NCBI GenBank assembly: GCA_030583685.1
Contig: CP129470.1
Location: forward strand, 84,345-148,344
Direction: 5' to 3'
From: Candidatus Dojkabacteria bacterium
GTDB taxonomy: Bacteria > Patescibacteriota > Dojkabacteria > GCA-002793355
DNA length: 64,000 nucleotides
The notes under the pieces: model-generated
Told to the model about the DNA's origin: nothing
Database searches by the model: none
What the model saw: the letters and a program-made list of their open reading frames with translations, nothing else
Shown: piece by piece, positions 54,465 to 64,000 of the stretch
How the letters are laid out: each line of letters opens with the position of its first letter
How positions within the stretch are numbered: the first letter of the stretch is position 1
Translations under genes and position numbers: made by a program

Positions 54465-57400
54465 ATGGCCGAATTTATGGTATTGTATGAAAATAGTATG
54501 AACGAGAAATCTGCAGAAAACGTACACGGATCTATCAAAAAATTTACCAGAATTATGGTATTTATTGCACTCGGGTTTGTAGGACTCTACATTTTTATCT
54601 TTATGCAACTCAAACAAACTGAGTCTCAATTGACAAGTTATGGAAATATTAGTGATTCTGCAATTGGAAACTTTCTTGAAAAACTTCCAGAAAGTAATTC
54701 AATTAAAATAGAACGAACTGTTGATGGAATCACCTTCGTTGTCAAAGGCGGAGAAGGAAGTTCACTCAACGCGGATATGCTTGATAGTAAAGATTCCGGG
54801 TATTTTTTGAACTTGAGCAATATGGTCTCAGGGACACTCAGCAACGATTATTATGATGCATGGGGAAATCTTGAAAGCAAGGGATATATTGAGAATGGCA
54901 AAATCAAACCTGCATACCTTCCGTTAGTAAACTCCTCCGGAGAAATTACTTCAATTTCTTGGAATGATATTACCAACAAACCAACAATCCCTACCCCGAT
55001 AAGTGAATCACAAGTACGTGATTTCGTGTCGCAATCCGCAATCAATCTTTCCAGTGGCAGCACCGTAAATAGCCAAACTATTGCCTCGCAAAGTTGGGTA
55101 AGTTCGCAAGGATATTTATCATCGATTGATTTTTCCCAACTGACTAATGGAGTAGGCATCTATCTTGACTATCGCCCAAACAATACTGCCTGTTCTCATG
55201 ACCAAGTCCTTAAATATGATGCTGGTTTAAATAGATGGATTTGTGCAAATGATGCCGGCGCCGGTGCAGTTTCTTGGGGAGCAATTGGTGGAACACTTGC
55301 AGACCAGACTGATTTACAAAACGCACTGAATAGCAAATTAAATGCCAATACAACATTTGGGGGAGATGTTACAGGGACCTACGATAACATTGCTGTTTCA
55401 AATGACTCGCACAGTCATACTGGTGCGACCATTTCTGGACTTGCACCCAGCAATTTTTCCTCGCCAAACATTTCTCAATGGGCAAACGATGCAGGGTATC
55501 TTACATCCGTCACGAAAAGTAGTATCACAAACTCAGGAACACTCGGTTTTACCTGGAATGCAACAGAGCTTTCTTCATCCGTCATGGTTGAAGGTGAAAA
55601 TATCTCGCTCTTAACCAACGATTCGGGATATCTCACTTCAGTGACCAAAAGCACCATTTCGAATTCGGGAACTCTTGGCTTTACATGGGGAACTGCGGAA
55701 TTGGCAAGCACTGTTATGGTAGAAGGTGAAAATATCTCGCTACTAAACAATGATGCGGGATTTCTCACCGGTGTCACCTTTGCCACAGTCACGAATGCTG
55801 TAGGCGTCTATCTTGATTACCGACCAAACAATTCTGCCTGTGCTCAAGATCAGGTCTTGAAGTACGACGCAGGCTTAAATAGATGGATTTGTGGTACAGA
55901 TATCGGAATTGGTTCAGTGACCTGGGGAGCAATTGGTGGAACACTTGCAGACCAGAATGATTTACAAAACGCACTGAATAGCAAACTAAATGCCAACGCA
56001 ACTTTCGGCGGCGATGTTACAGGAACCTACGATAGCATTGCTGTTTCAAATGACTCACACAGTCATACTGGTGCGACCATTTCTGGACTTGCACCCAGCA
56101 ATTTTTCCTCGCCAAACATTTCCCAATGGACCAACGATGCAGGGTATATTTCTGGAGTCAATTTTTCACAGATTGCTAATGGTTCTGGCGTTTATCTTGA
56201 CTATCGACCCAACAATACCGCCTGTGACCACAATCAAGTATTGAAATATGATGCAGCATTGACTCGGTGGATTTGCTCCAACGACCAAGGTGCAGGAACC
56301 ATCTCCTGGGGAGACATAACGGGAGACCTTTCAGATCAATCTGATATTACAACTGCACTCTCAAGCAAGTTAAATACAACCGCAGATTTCGCGGGTGATA
56401 TTAGTGGAACGTACGATAATATCACCGTTTCAAATGATTCTCACAGTCATACAGGGGCGACTATTTCCGGGTTAACCACCAGCAATTTCACGTCACAAGA
56501 CATCTCGCAATGGACAAATAATGCGGGGTATATCTCTGGAGTAAATTTCTCACAAATTACGAATGGCTCTGGCGTTTACCTTGACTATCGCCCGAACAAT
56601 ACCGCTTGTTTAGATGGACAGATTCTTATTTACAGTAGCGCGAACAACCGCTGGCTCTGTGGTGAGAATGCAGGTGGGGGAGGCGGCGGTGGAGAGGTCA
56701 CCATAGGTTCAATGACCGGAACTTCTTTGTTTACAGATTCTTCAGCTGATGATGATTGGCTGGGACTAGGTGCAAGCGCAGGAAGAATTCAATTTGACGA
56801 CCAAGCAACAGACTCAATCCTTCTACTCGATGCAAACGTTGGGATCGGAACAACAACGCCAACGCATACGCTCACTATTGCTGGGAATCTTGGAATTGAA
56901 GAGAATGGCTATCTAAATTTTGGAGATACAAATGGGTCTGGAGGATATGGATTGCGAGACGCAAGTGGTGTTATTGAATTAAAAAACCTCACCGGTTCTT
57001 GGGATCCCATAATTACCGAAGCACCAGCTGATGGAAAATATTATGCACGAAAGGATGAAGCATGGGTAGAAATTCCTGTCGCCGACAATACTTGGTCAAC
57101 GTCGAATATTGAATGGTTTGTCGGGGGGACAAAGGTAACCTTATCAAGTAACAGCACCCAGCGGTATAAGGTAAATAATGGTGTTGTTACCATAGTTGGT
57201 AACTTGATTGCTCAAACAGGCGTTAATCTTACCGGTGTTTTTGAATTACGGAATTTCCCTGTACCGTTTGTAAATGAGGTCGATTTACAAATTACTGGCC
57301 ATGGAGAATGGACGAACCAAGGAACAAACTTTGTCACCACCCGACTCTACGTCTCAGATACAACCAACGATTACATGCGCATGAGTATATTCAATACCTT

Positions 57401-57962
57401 TACCAACCTCTCCGATACTGTTAATGGAACACAGAATGATGGAATTCAATTTATTTTGACTTATGAAACGACTGCAGGAAACCCAGGATTTGCTGCATAT
57501 ACGCCACCAAGTATCATGTTACAACAGCAACTTGCAAACGGCACAGATGGAGGTGCTGCAGTTGCAAATACGTGGTCTACGCTTGCGATTAATACTGAAG
57601 TCTATGATTCACACAATAAAGCCACACTTTCTTCGAATCAATTCACGTTACAAGCGGGAACTTACGACATAGACGCAGAGTCAACCTTTTATAACACTCG
57701 CGCAACGGCACTTCGCCTGAGGAATATTTCTGATAGCACAACAACGCTGATTAGTACGATGAGCTACCTCTCGACAAACGGAGGGGGTATTGTCAGGCTT
57801 ACAGGAAGATTTACCATTGAATCGGCAAAAACATTTGAACTCCAATATATTGCAGAACAAGCTCAGACCACCTATGGACTTGGAACTGCAATGGGGACAC
57901 GAGCAAGTAACTATACAGGTGTAGAAATATTTAGAACCATACGATTAATAAAGATTCAATAA
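54465..57962 (+). CDS. 1165-aa N-terminally membrane-anchored repeat protein (tail-fibre-like surface adhesin candidate)
   Basis: TM 'IMVFIALGFVGLYIFIFMQL'. Four copies of 'YLDYRPNN[TS]AC-x14-W[IL]C' (at about 55150, 55800, 56190, 56575), near-identical at DNA level. Three copies of 'VSNDSHSHTGATISGL'. A G7 run (about 56670-56695). Beta-rich C-terminal about 400 aa. Confidence 0.55.
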   Translation: MAEFMVLYENSMNEKSAENVHGSIKKFTRIMVFIALGFVGLYIFIFMQLKQTESQLTSYGNISDSAIGNFLEKLPESNSIKIERTVDGITFVVKGGEGSSLNADMLDSKDSGYFLNLSNMVSGTLSNDYYDAWGNLESKGYIENGKIKPAYLPLVNSSGEITSISWNDITNKPTIPTPISESQVRDFVSQSAINLSSGSTVNSQTIASQSWVSSQGYLSSIDFSQLTNGVGIYLDYRPNNTACSHDQVLKYDAGLNRWICANDAGAGAVSWGAIGGTLADQTDLQNALNSKLNANTTFGGDVTGTYDNIAVSNDSHSHTGATISGLAPSNFSSPNISQWANDAGYLTSVTKSSITNSGTLGFTWNATELSSSVMVEGENISLLTNDSGYLTSVTKSTISNSGTLGFTWGTAELASTVMVEGENISLLNNDAGFLTGVTFATVTNAVGVYLDYRPNNSACAQDQVLKYDAGLNRWICGTDIGIGSVTWGAIGGTLADQNDLQNALNSKLNANATFGGDVTGTYDSIAVSNDSHSHTGATISGLAPSNFSSPNISQWTNDAGYISGVNFSQIANGSGVYLDYRPNNTACDHNQVLKYDAALTRWICSNDQGAGTISWGDITGDLSDQSDITTALSSKLNTTADFAGDISGTYDNITVSNDSHSHTGATISGLTTSNFTSQDISQWTNNAGYISGVNFSQITNGSGVYLDYRPNNTACLDGQILIYSSANNRWLCGENAGGGGGGGEVTIGSMTGTSLFTDSSADDDWLGLGASAGRIQFDDQATDSILLLDANVGIGTTTPTHTLTIAGNLGIEENGYLNFGDTNGSGGYGLRDASGVIELKNLTGSWDPIITEAPADGKYYARKDEAWVEIPVADNTWSTSNIEWFVGGTKVTLSSNSTQRYKVNNGVVTIVGNLIAQTGVNLTGVFELRNFPVPFVNEVDLQITGHGEWTNQGTNFVTTRLYVSDTTNDYMRMSIFNTFTNLSDTVNGTQNDGIQFILTYETTAGNPGFAAYTPPSIMLQQQLANGTDGGAAVANTWSTLAINTEVYDSHNKATLSSNQFTLQAGTYDIDAESTFYNTRATALRLRNISDSTTTLISTMSYLSTNGGGIVRLTGRFTIESAKTFELQYIAEQAQTTYGLGTAMGTRASNYTGVEIFRTIRLIKIQ

Positions 57963-58006
57963 ACTTTTAATGGAAACTCTGATATAATTCTCACTACTCA
58001 AGAACC

Positions 58007-59701
58007 ATGAAAGAACTTTTTACAGAAAAATTACAACAACAGATACTCACCCTCTATCAGCTTACGTGCGAACCACTGGTAACCTTCCCCTCCTCGACCG
58101 ACTTCGGCGATTATACAACCAATGTTGCAATGGCTATCGCAAAGCAAGTGAAAAAGAGTCCTGCAGAAATTGCACAGAATATTGTCTCGGGGCTCAAACA
58201 AGACCCGGAATTCGCTACAAAATGTGACTCAATTACCGCACAAGGTGGCTATATCAATATTACGCTGGGTACAGGCCCCTTGTGGAACAGTGTGGAACAA
58301 TCAACAGTCTCGCTGTTTTCAGTTTCACAACCTAAAAGAATTCTCGTAGAGTACGGCCAACCGAATACTCATAAACTTCCCCATATTGGACATCTTTTTT
58401 CTTATATCGTCGGGGACTCACTCGCAAGGATACTTGATGCTGTTGGAAACACCGTTGTTAAAGCAAACTATCAAGGCGACATCGGACCTCACGTTGCAAA
58501 ATCTCTCTATGGCTATATTCAACTTGGACAACCAAAACCTCAGACATTACAAGAGAAGGTAATGCTTCTTCAAAAATGCTACCAAGAAGGAAATCTTGCA
58601 TACGACTCAGATCCCGTGGCAAAAGAAACCATCGACGACATTAACAAAAAAATTTACCAAAAAGATCCAGAGATTACTCAAATCTGGCAGGAGACAAAGA
58701 AATGGAGCCTTGACTTCTACTTAGAACTCGAAACCCGATTGGGAATCCGACAAACATTTCACTACCTTGAAAGTGATATGTATGAGTATGGTATGAAAGC
58801 TGTACAAGAAAACGTGGGAAAAGTCTTTCAAGAAAGCGACGGAGCAATTGTCTTTCCAGGAGAACCCTACGGATTACATACTCGTGTCTTCATAACAAAA
58901 AAGGGGACGCCAACTTACGAAGCAAAGGACATGGGATTAAATGTACAGAAATATGAAGATTGGCCCTACGATCTCAATATTATTACAACAGCAAGTGAAC
59001 AAAATGCATACTTTCAGGTCATCATTAAAGCTCTGGAATTAGCCAACCCACACCTTAAGGGAAAGATTCAACATATTGGATTTGGAATGGTCTCTTTGTC
59101 AACAGGCAAAATGAGCTCAAGAACAGGCCAAATCGTCAATGCGGTTGAGTTACTTGACGCAACGAAAGCACGCGTTCAAGAGATACTGGCTGAGAGAGAA
59201 GGATTGTCAGAAACACAGAAAAACGAAATCTCAGAGACCGTAACGTTAGCTGCCGTTAAATTTGCCTTTCTCAGACAAAATATCCTCCAAAATATGAAGT
59301 TTGACCTTGAAGAATCAGTCAGCTTTGAGGGAAAATCTGGTCCGTATATTCTGTATTCATACGCAAGAATAATGAGTATTCTCCGCAGCGTCGAGATCCC
59401 AGATGCAACAACAAAAGATGTCGCAGAGTTGACCGATCCAAGCGAAACACAACTCCTGAGATGGCTTTATCGATATCCAGAAGTTATTCACCAAGCTGCA
59501 GCAACCATGGCTCCGCATACAATTGCTGAGTATGTTTACACAACTGCTCAGTTATTTAATACCTTTTATTCGCAACAACAAATTAAAAACGAACCGAATC
59601 AACAAAAGCAGCGGGTGAGAAAATCACTGGTTCAGTATACAGCACAGATACTCAAACAAGGCTTGCATTTACTCGGGATTGAGACCGTTGATACAATGTA
59701 G
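58007..59701 (+). CDS. argS: Arginine--tRNA ligase
   Basis: 'PNTHKLPHIGHLFSYIVGDSLARI' (HIGH), 'KMSSRTG' (KMSKS-type), C-terminal DALR anticodon-binding domain. Confidence 0.9.
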   Translation: MKELFTEKLQQQILTLYQLTCEPLVTFPSSTDFGDYTTNVAMAIAKQVKKSPAEIAQNIVSGLKQDPEFATKCDSITAQGGYINITLGTGPLWNSVEQSTVSLFSVSQPKRILVEYGQPNTHKLPHIGHLFSYIVGDSLARILDAVGNTVVKANYQGDIGPHVAKSLYGYIQLGQPKPQTLQEKVMLLQKCYQEGNLAYDSDPVAKETIDDINKKIYQKDPEITQIWQETKKWSLDFYLELETRLGIRQTFHYLESDMYEYGMKAVQENVGKVFQESDGAIVFPGEPYGLHTRVFITKKGTPTYEAKDMGLNVQKYEDWPYDLNIITTASEQNAYFQVIIKALELANPHLKGKIQHIGFGMVSLSTGKMSSRTGQIVNAVELLDATKARVQEILAEREGLSETQKNEISETVTLAAVKFAFLRQNILQNMKFDLEESVSFEGKSGPYILYSYARIMSILRSVEIPDATTKDVAELTDPSETQLLRWLYRYPEVIHQAAATMAPHTIAEYVYTTAQLFNTFYSQQQIKNEPNQQKQRVRKSLVQYTAQILKQGLHLLGIETVDTM

Positions 59702-59738
59702 TCTAGGCAAAAATACTCAAAAAATGGTATAATAGAGT

Positions 59739-60272
59739 ATGGTACTCCCATTACGGTTTGCTGGTGATCCAATACTCTATAAAAAAACTAAGGATATTCC
59801 CCCAAAGGAAATTAAATCGGCAAAAATTCAGGCTTTTCTTCGCGACCTTGGCGAGACGATTTCTCATTACCGACATGCTGCTGGACTAGCAGCACCACAA
59901 GTAGGAAAAAATCTTCGCATTTTTGCACTCAAGCTTGACAAAAAATCGATGAGTTTTATCGATTCTGTACCCAATCAATTTGCTATTCCCGCAAACGAGC
60001 CCTTCTTTTTTATAAACCCAAAACTCACATTCCCTGACCCAACTACAGAAAGCATGGGCGAGGGCTGTCTCAGTATTCCGTATTACCATGTTTTTGTTGA
60101 GCGCTATGTCAAAGCACACGTTTCTGCCTATACTCAAGCTGGAACACCTTTTTCATTTACGGCAACAGGAATCTTTGCTCGATACATTCAACACGAAGTT
60201 GATCACCTAAACGGCATCCTCACCTTCCATCGGGTAAAGTCCCCAGAGGACATTATTTTCGATGCAAGCTAA
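59739..60272 (+). CDS. def: Peptide deformylase
   Basis: The three PDF motifs: 'GLAAPQVG', 'EGCLSIP', 'HEVDHLNG'. Confidence 0.9.
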   Translation: MVLPLRFAGDPILYKKTKDIPPKEIKSAKIQAFLRDLGETISHYRHAAGLAAPQVGKNLRIFALKLDKKSMSFIDSVPNQFAIPANEPFFFINPKLTFPDPTTESMGEGCLSIPYYHVFVERYVKAHVSAYTQAGTPFSFTATGIFARYIQHEVDHLNGILTFHRVKSPEDIIFDAS

Positions 60273-60314
60273 CAGCCATTTCGTTCGGCTATGGTTTGAC
60301 ACGGTACGCGTCCC

Positions 60315-61577
60315 TTGCTACTCTACAGTATGAAAAATCGTATTTTCTTGGCAATCCCACTCTTTCTCATTGCATTATTACTCACCACTGCGTCTTCCAG
60401 AAGCGTCTCTGCACAAACAACGCCTACACCAACTATGAATTCTGCACTCGCTGACGCTGAGCTTGAACGAGAAAAGCAGATCACGCAAGAACTGTCACTT
60501 AATATGCCCGATCAAACAGATGATCCTAACTATCCAATCACGTTTGTTGATCCCAGCAAGCAAGGAGTCGATATTACCATTGACGATAAAACAACGACAA
60601 AGGCGCCAAGTCCGTTTCTCTTACCAAACCTCTCTATTGGCCAGCATAAAATAATTTTCAAATTTAAAACAAAAGATGGAGTCGTCAGAGTCCTTTCGAA
60701 AACCCTCCTGGTAATCCCAAAATCACCCCAATTCGATCAGACAGTAAAAACTCAGGTTGTGAGGCCAGCCCAGGTCACCATAACGGGTACGGCACTTCCA
60801 CAATCGACAGTAATGTTAGTCATCAATAGTACAACGGTACATAAAATTTCTTCAAATTCCGAAGGGAAATGGGAATTTATCGTTCCTGAGCCCAAAGAAG
60901 GAGAAAATCACCTTGTTGCTTTTACCATCAGAAACGGAATCGTCAGTGCCGCCTCGAACTCATTTACCGTTTCCTATTCTCGCAACGCTACCCAGCAGAC
61001 TGACGAGAACGAAACCAATGCACCAAGTATCGAATCTCAATTACTTGCCCAAGTACAAAGCATACTCTCTAATATTGATAGGAACAGAATAGAAAATCCG
61101 AAACTCTTTTACGGTGTCATTGGCGGAGCACTTATTGTCATATTGCTCATGATTGATTTACGGCTCCGAAAACGCGCTGCAAAATCAAAGGAAGAAAAAA
61201 CAATTGCCTCACTTCTCGGAAACCTTCAAGAAGGAGCAGGAACTATCGTTGAAGCAATTCAATCCACCAACAAACCTGTTCTTGCACCAAAAAATACTAA
61301 AACCGAACTCGTTTCAGCGAAGAAAAACCCTCAGAAAAAAGCAGAAACAACAAAAACAGAAGAAAGCAAAAATACTGAAAAGGAACCTGTACCTACGAAA
61401 GAAAATTCCCGCACAAAGCCAAAGAAACCAATAATTCGCATAAAAAAGCGGGTCATCAAATCAAAGCCACTTACCGCGGAAGTCCCTGAAGAATTAACAC
61501 CAGATGAACCAGAAAAGAAAGTACTCACCAAAGATGAGTTCCTCAAGCAGTTTCAGCAGGATGACGAGCAAGCCTAA
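60315..61577 (+). CDS. Hypothetical secreted/bitopic protein with Lys-rich cytoplasmic tail
   Basis: Signal peptide 'IFLAIPLFLIALLLTTASSRSVSAQ'. Beta-rich ectodomain. TM 'LFYGVIGGALIVILLMIDL'. Then 'KKNPQKKAETTKTEESKNTEKEPVPTKENSRTKPKKP...'. Confidence 0.4.
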   Translation: MLLYSMKNRIFLAIPLFLIALLLTTASSRSVSAQTTPTPTMNSALADAELEREKQITQELSLNMPDQTDDPNYPITFVDPSKQGVDITIDDKTTTKAPSPFLLPNLSIGQHKIIFKFKTKDGVVRVLSKTLLVIPKSPQFDQTVKTQVVRPAQVTITGTALPQSTVMLVINSTTVHKISSNSEGKWEFIVPEPKEGENHLVAFTIRNGIVSAASNSFTVSYSRNATQQTDENETNAPSIESQLLAQVQSILSNIDRNRIENPKLFYGVIGGALIVILLMIDLRLRKRAAKSKEEKTIASLLGNLQEGAGTIVEAIQSTNKPVLAPKNTKTELVSAKKNPQKKAETTKTEESKNTEKEPVPTKENSRTKPKKPIIRIKKRVIKSKPLTAEVPEELTPDEPEKKVLTKDEFLKQFQQDDEQA

Positions 61578-62733
61578 GCGCAATTCCCGTCACAAACACT
61601 AAGGCGAGAAGAGAAGAACCTCCATAACTGATGTACGGCAATGTCGTTCCTTTCACAGGTATCATAGCAACATTTGATCCAAGATGCATAACCGCTTGCG
61701 TAATAAACCATATGGCAATTCCCCACATCAATAATCGTTGATAGGTTGTTTGTTGTTTCTCTGCAATTTTCACAAAAAGTGAAAAAAGATACAGATAGAC
61801 GCCAACAAATGCAGCCCCGAGAACAAACCCTAATTCTTCTAAGATGACCGCTGAAATCGAATCGGTAAACGCAGTAACTTCGACAAAATAACCATGCTTC
61901 AACTGAGATCCACCGATTCCCTTACCCCATAAGCCTCCGGAACCAACCCCAATGAGAATATTTCGTAACTGTAACCCTTTCCCAAATTCATCTTCGACAA
62001 CACCGGTTTGTAAAAAATTAAAGTGTGTGACAATTCTATCAAATCGATATGGTTCAAGAAGTACTGCACCCGCAATAAAAAGAATACCCACAACAGCAAT
62101 GGAGAAAAATGCTTTGGTCTTAAATTTGTTCTCGCTCAATAAGTACATTGCCACAAAACTAACGGCAATAATCAACGCATTTCCGAGGTCAGGCTGCAAC
62201 AGGACTAAAGCGAGAATACACAACATCGGTAATGAGACCACGAATAACTGCGAAAGATGATGCGAAACACTTTTAGCTGAATTCCAGTTAGCACGAGAGA
62301 TGAGAAGAGCACCAACCAAAACTGTTGCAATTTTTGCAAATTCCGAAGGTTGAATGGTAAATCCAAAGGCAACAGGAATCCAACGATGAGCTCCATTCTC
62401 TGAAGGGAAAAAGTATACTGCAATCAACATCCCAATTATGAGCAGATAGCCAATCCAACTCAGAGTTTTCCAGGTAGACGTAGAAATTTTCGGAAGGACG
62501 TACAACATGCCTATTGAAAACACGACAAAAGACAGATGGAGCAATCCAAAATAGTACATATTTCCAGTAAGTTGCACTGCTTGATAGCGGCTCGCAGAAA
62601 AAACCTCAAGCGAACCAAAGAGAAGAAGCCCAACGACAACAATGAATACTTTACGCGCGAGATGAGAATCGCCCTTCTTCGTTTCCTGCTGTAAACGTGC
62701 CGCTCTATTTATGTCTAATGTCGTTGTTGTCAT
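61543..62733 (-). CDS. FtsW/RodA/SpoVE-family (SEDS) peptidoglycan glycosyltransferase
   Basis: 10 TM helices. Conserved SEDS blocks 'PSEFAKIATVLVGALL' and 'LPMLCILALVLLQPDLGNALII'. C-terminal 'GGSSLLALVFVTGIAL'. Which SEDS paralog (FtsW or RodA) cannot be decided. Confidence 0.8.
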   Translation of the reverse strand: MTTTTLDINRAARLQQETKKGDSHLARKVFIVVVGLLLFGSLEVFSASRYQAVQLTGNMYYFGLLHLSFVVFSIGMLYVLPKISTSTWKTLSWIGYLLIIGMLIAVYFFPSENGAHRWIPVAFGFTIQPSEFAKIATVLVGALLISRANWNSAKSVSHHLSQLFVVSLPMLCILALVLLQPDLGNALIIAVSFVAMYLLSENKFKTKAFFSIAVVGILFIAGAVLLEPYRFDRIVTHFNFLQTGVVEDEFGKGLQLRNILIGVGSGGLWGKGIGGSQLKHGYFVEVTAFTDSISAVILEELGFVLGAAFVGVYLYLFSLFVKIAEKQQTTYQRLLMWGIAIWFITQAVMHLGSNVAMIPVKGTTLPYISYGGSSLLALVFVTGIALRLARHPAETA

Positions 62734-62750
62734 ACCTTTTTTAGTGTATC

Positions 62751-63527
62751 ATGTTTCTAATGAGTAACACAGTACCGGTTATTTTACTCGATGGACTGCT
62801 TGCTTCGGGAAGCTCAATTATTTCTGAATATGTTGGTAAATCCTATTCGTTTTTTGTGGTGAATGGAAATCAATACATGCGAGAATTAGGGAGATCAACA
62901 GGAAGGGTTACTGCACCAAAGGGAACCGTCTTACATGAACTTGAAATCCTTGATTTTTATGAATTGCTTGCAGAGGAACAGGCCAAAGTTCACAACCAAT
63001 TATATTCCTTTCTTACCAGCAAAATTAGCATTGCCGAAAAACCAACGTTAGTTCATTGCACTGGCTTTGCTGCCTATGCATTTGCAAAGCATCTCCCGGT
63101 TCGTCACATTTTCTGGCTACATGCAACCATTGACGATAGAGTAGACCGATTACTGGCAAAACATACTATCCTTGCCAATGATTCAGAAAAAAGTCAGCTC
63201 AAAGAAAAGCTGAAAAAACTCGACAATATTTGGGAAGAAAGCTTGAAAAATCACTTAGGAATCAACCTGAGAGAATTAGAATCGCAAGAAGATACTGTAA
63301 TAGATACCGCAAACTTATCAACGGAACAGGCATTCCAAAAACTAGCTACCATCGATAGTTTTATTGACACGTACAATTCGATGGCTGCACTCATGCCAGA
63401 TTATCAACAAGAATGGAGAAGATGGCAGTGTCTCGTCTGTCAGCTCGTTGTAGAAACTAACAAAGTCATTGTGCAATGTCCACGTTGTCATAATGCTGAT
63501 CCAGATAAGTTCAAAGACCTTGACTAA
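62751..63527 (+). CDS. Hypothetical protein with C-terminal Cys4 zinc ribbon
   Basis: 'CLVCQLVV-x10-CPRCHNADPDKF'. N-terminal region of unknown fold. Confidence 0.35.
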   Translation: MFLMSNTVPVILLDGLLASGSSIISEYVGKSYSFFVVNGNQYMRELGRSTGRVTAPKGTVLHELEILDFYELLAEEQAKVHNQLYSFLTSKISIAEKPTLVHCTGFAAYAFAKHLPVRHIFWLHATIDDRVDRLLAKHTILANDSEKSQLKEKLKKLDNIWEESLKNHLGINLRELESQEDTVIDTANLSTEQAFQKLATIDSFIDTYNSMAALMPDYQQEWRRWQCLVCQLVVETNKVIVQCPRCHNADPDKFKDLD

Positions 63528-64000
63528 AGCAAGGTCAATTGCTCTCGATTTCTTTTCTTACCTTTCCATGCAGCAACGAAATCTCCAACGCTTGTTGCTT
63601 GATACATATCTGAAAGTCGTGGCCAAAGCCAGAAGAAAACATCCTTCGTGAACTGCGAATCAGGAAGAGCTCGATGTTTCTTTATTTCTGGATCAAGCCC
63701 CGCATACGACATTGCCGTTTTTAACTTTCTATCAGGAGCATTAGGCATAACTTTTCCAAACAAGTGCATCGTATCAAGGTATGCTCGTTGCGAGAATTCT
63801 TCATACCATGGAGTAAGCGTGTGACCTCTGCGTGTTAAGTTTTCTTCAATAACTCGCAAATCAAATTGAGTATTGTGGCCAATCAAAATGGTCGCCTCTG
63901 TTTTTTTTGCAAGTACTCCCAGATAATCATGTAATTCTGGAGCACCTGCAATCATATCGTTAGAAATTTCAATTAGTTTTTCTGTGTAACTGTTTATTGG
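63524..64000 (-). CDS. DnaQ-like 3'-5' exonuclease (DEDDh), N-terminus beyond the window end
   Basis: The track gives 63524..63955, but the frame stays open upstream to position 64000 ('...EKLIEISNDMIAGAPELHDY'). 'LIGHNTQFDLRVI' (Exo II) and 'HRALPDS' (Exo III, H-x4-D). The Exo I motif must lie outside the window. Confidence 0.55.
   Translation of the reverse strand, partial: PINSYTEKLIEISNDMIAGAPELHDYLGVLAKKTEATILIGHNTQFDLRVIEENLTRRGHTLTPWYEEFSQRAYLDTMHLFGKVMPNAPDRKLKTAMSYAGLDPEIKKHRALPDSQFTKDVFFWLWPRLSDMYQATSVGDFVAAWKGKKRNREQLTLL

Noticed and set aside
55475-56244. Antisense and alternate-frame ORFs (105, 70, 84 aa) inside the giant repeat protein gene
   Set aside because: Generated by the repeated DNA. 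Identical shadow ORFs recur in each repeat copy.

Overview
This 64-kb window reads as a compact, low-GC bacterial chromosome segment. Genes are tightly packed, many adjacent genes overlap by 4-40 nt, and Shine-Dalgarno sequences are weak. Several very large surface proteins are encoded. I infer a Patescibacteria/CPR-like or other reduced monoderm-type organism; this is not proven.

Recognisable content, in order:
- The window opens inside a phosphotransferase (APH/choline-kinase-like) gene on the minus strand, truncated at position 1.
- A rod-shape cluster follows: mreB, mreC, mreD and mrdA (PBP2). A FtsW/RodA-family (SEDS) gene lies much further down at 61.5 kb.
- Next come rpmF (L32), nusB, rnc, rpsP and a KH-domain protein.
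- tRNA-Arg(GCG) is followed by an unusual ~500-bp tandem array of ~160-bp units. Each unit begins with a copy of the tRNA 3' end.
- A copper locus reads csoR, copA, an HMA-permease fusion and a small secreted protein.
- A KsgA/Erm-family rRNA methyltransferase and an M50 site-2-protease-like gene follow.
- Two tRNA-Thr genes share a promoter motif, and three NUDIX genes are present.
- tRNA-Gly(GCC) and tRNA-Val(CAC) are present.
- A polysaccharide and lipid-carrier cluster reads GT4 glycosyltransferase, polyprenyl-phosphate sugar transferase, dgkA.
- Housekeeping genes include trmD, secA, pyrD, an ABC-F ATPase, tsaE, tsaB, tsaD, a recO-like gene, argS, def and a dnaQ-like exonuclease that runs off the window end.

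Most interesting:
1. Between secA and tRNA-Val, a two-gene cassette is tandemly duplicated. Each copy pairs a secreted Thr/Gly-rich protein with a partner that has a C-terminal membrane anchor. The layout is reminiscent of WxL/DUF916 cell-surface complexes, but I see no clear family match.
2. A 1165-aa N-terminally anchored protein is built from near-identical intragenic repeats. The repeats carry Cys pairs and recurring H-S-H motifs and look like phage tail fibres.
3. A 1026-aa secreted protein ends in an M23 peptidase domain.
4. Three of the five tRNAs are followed 100-170 bp downstream by direct copies of their own 3' ends.
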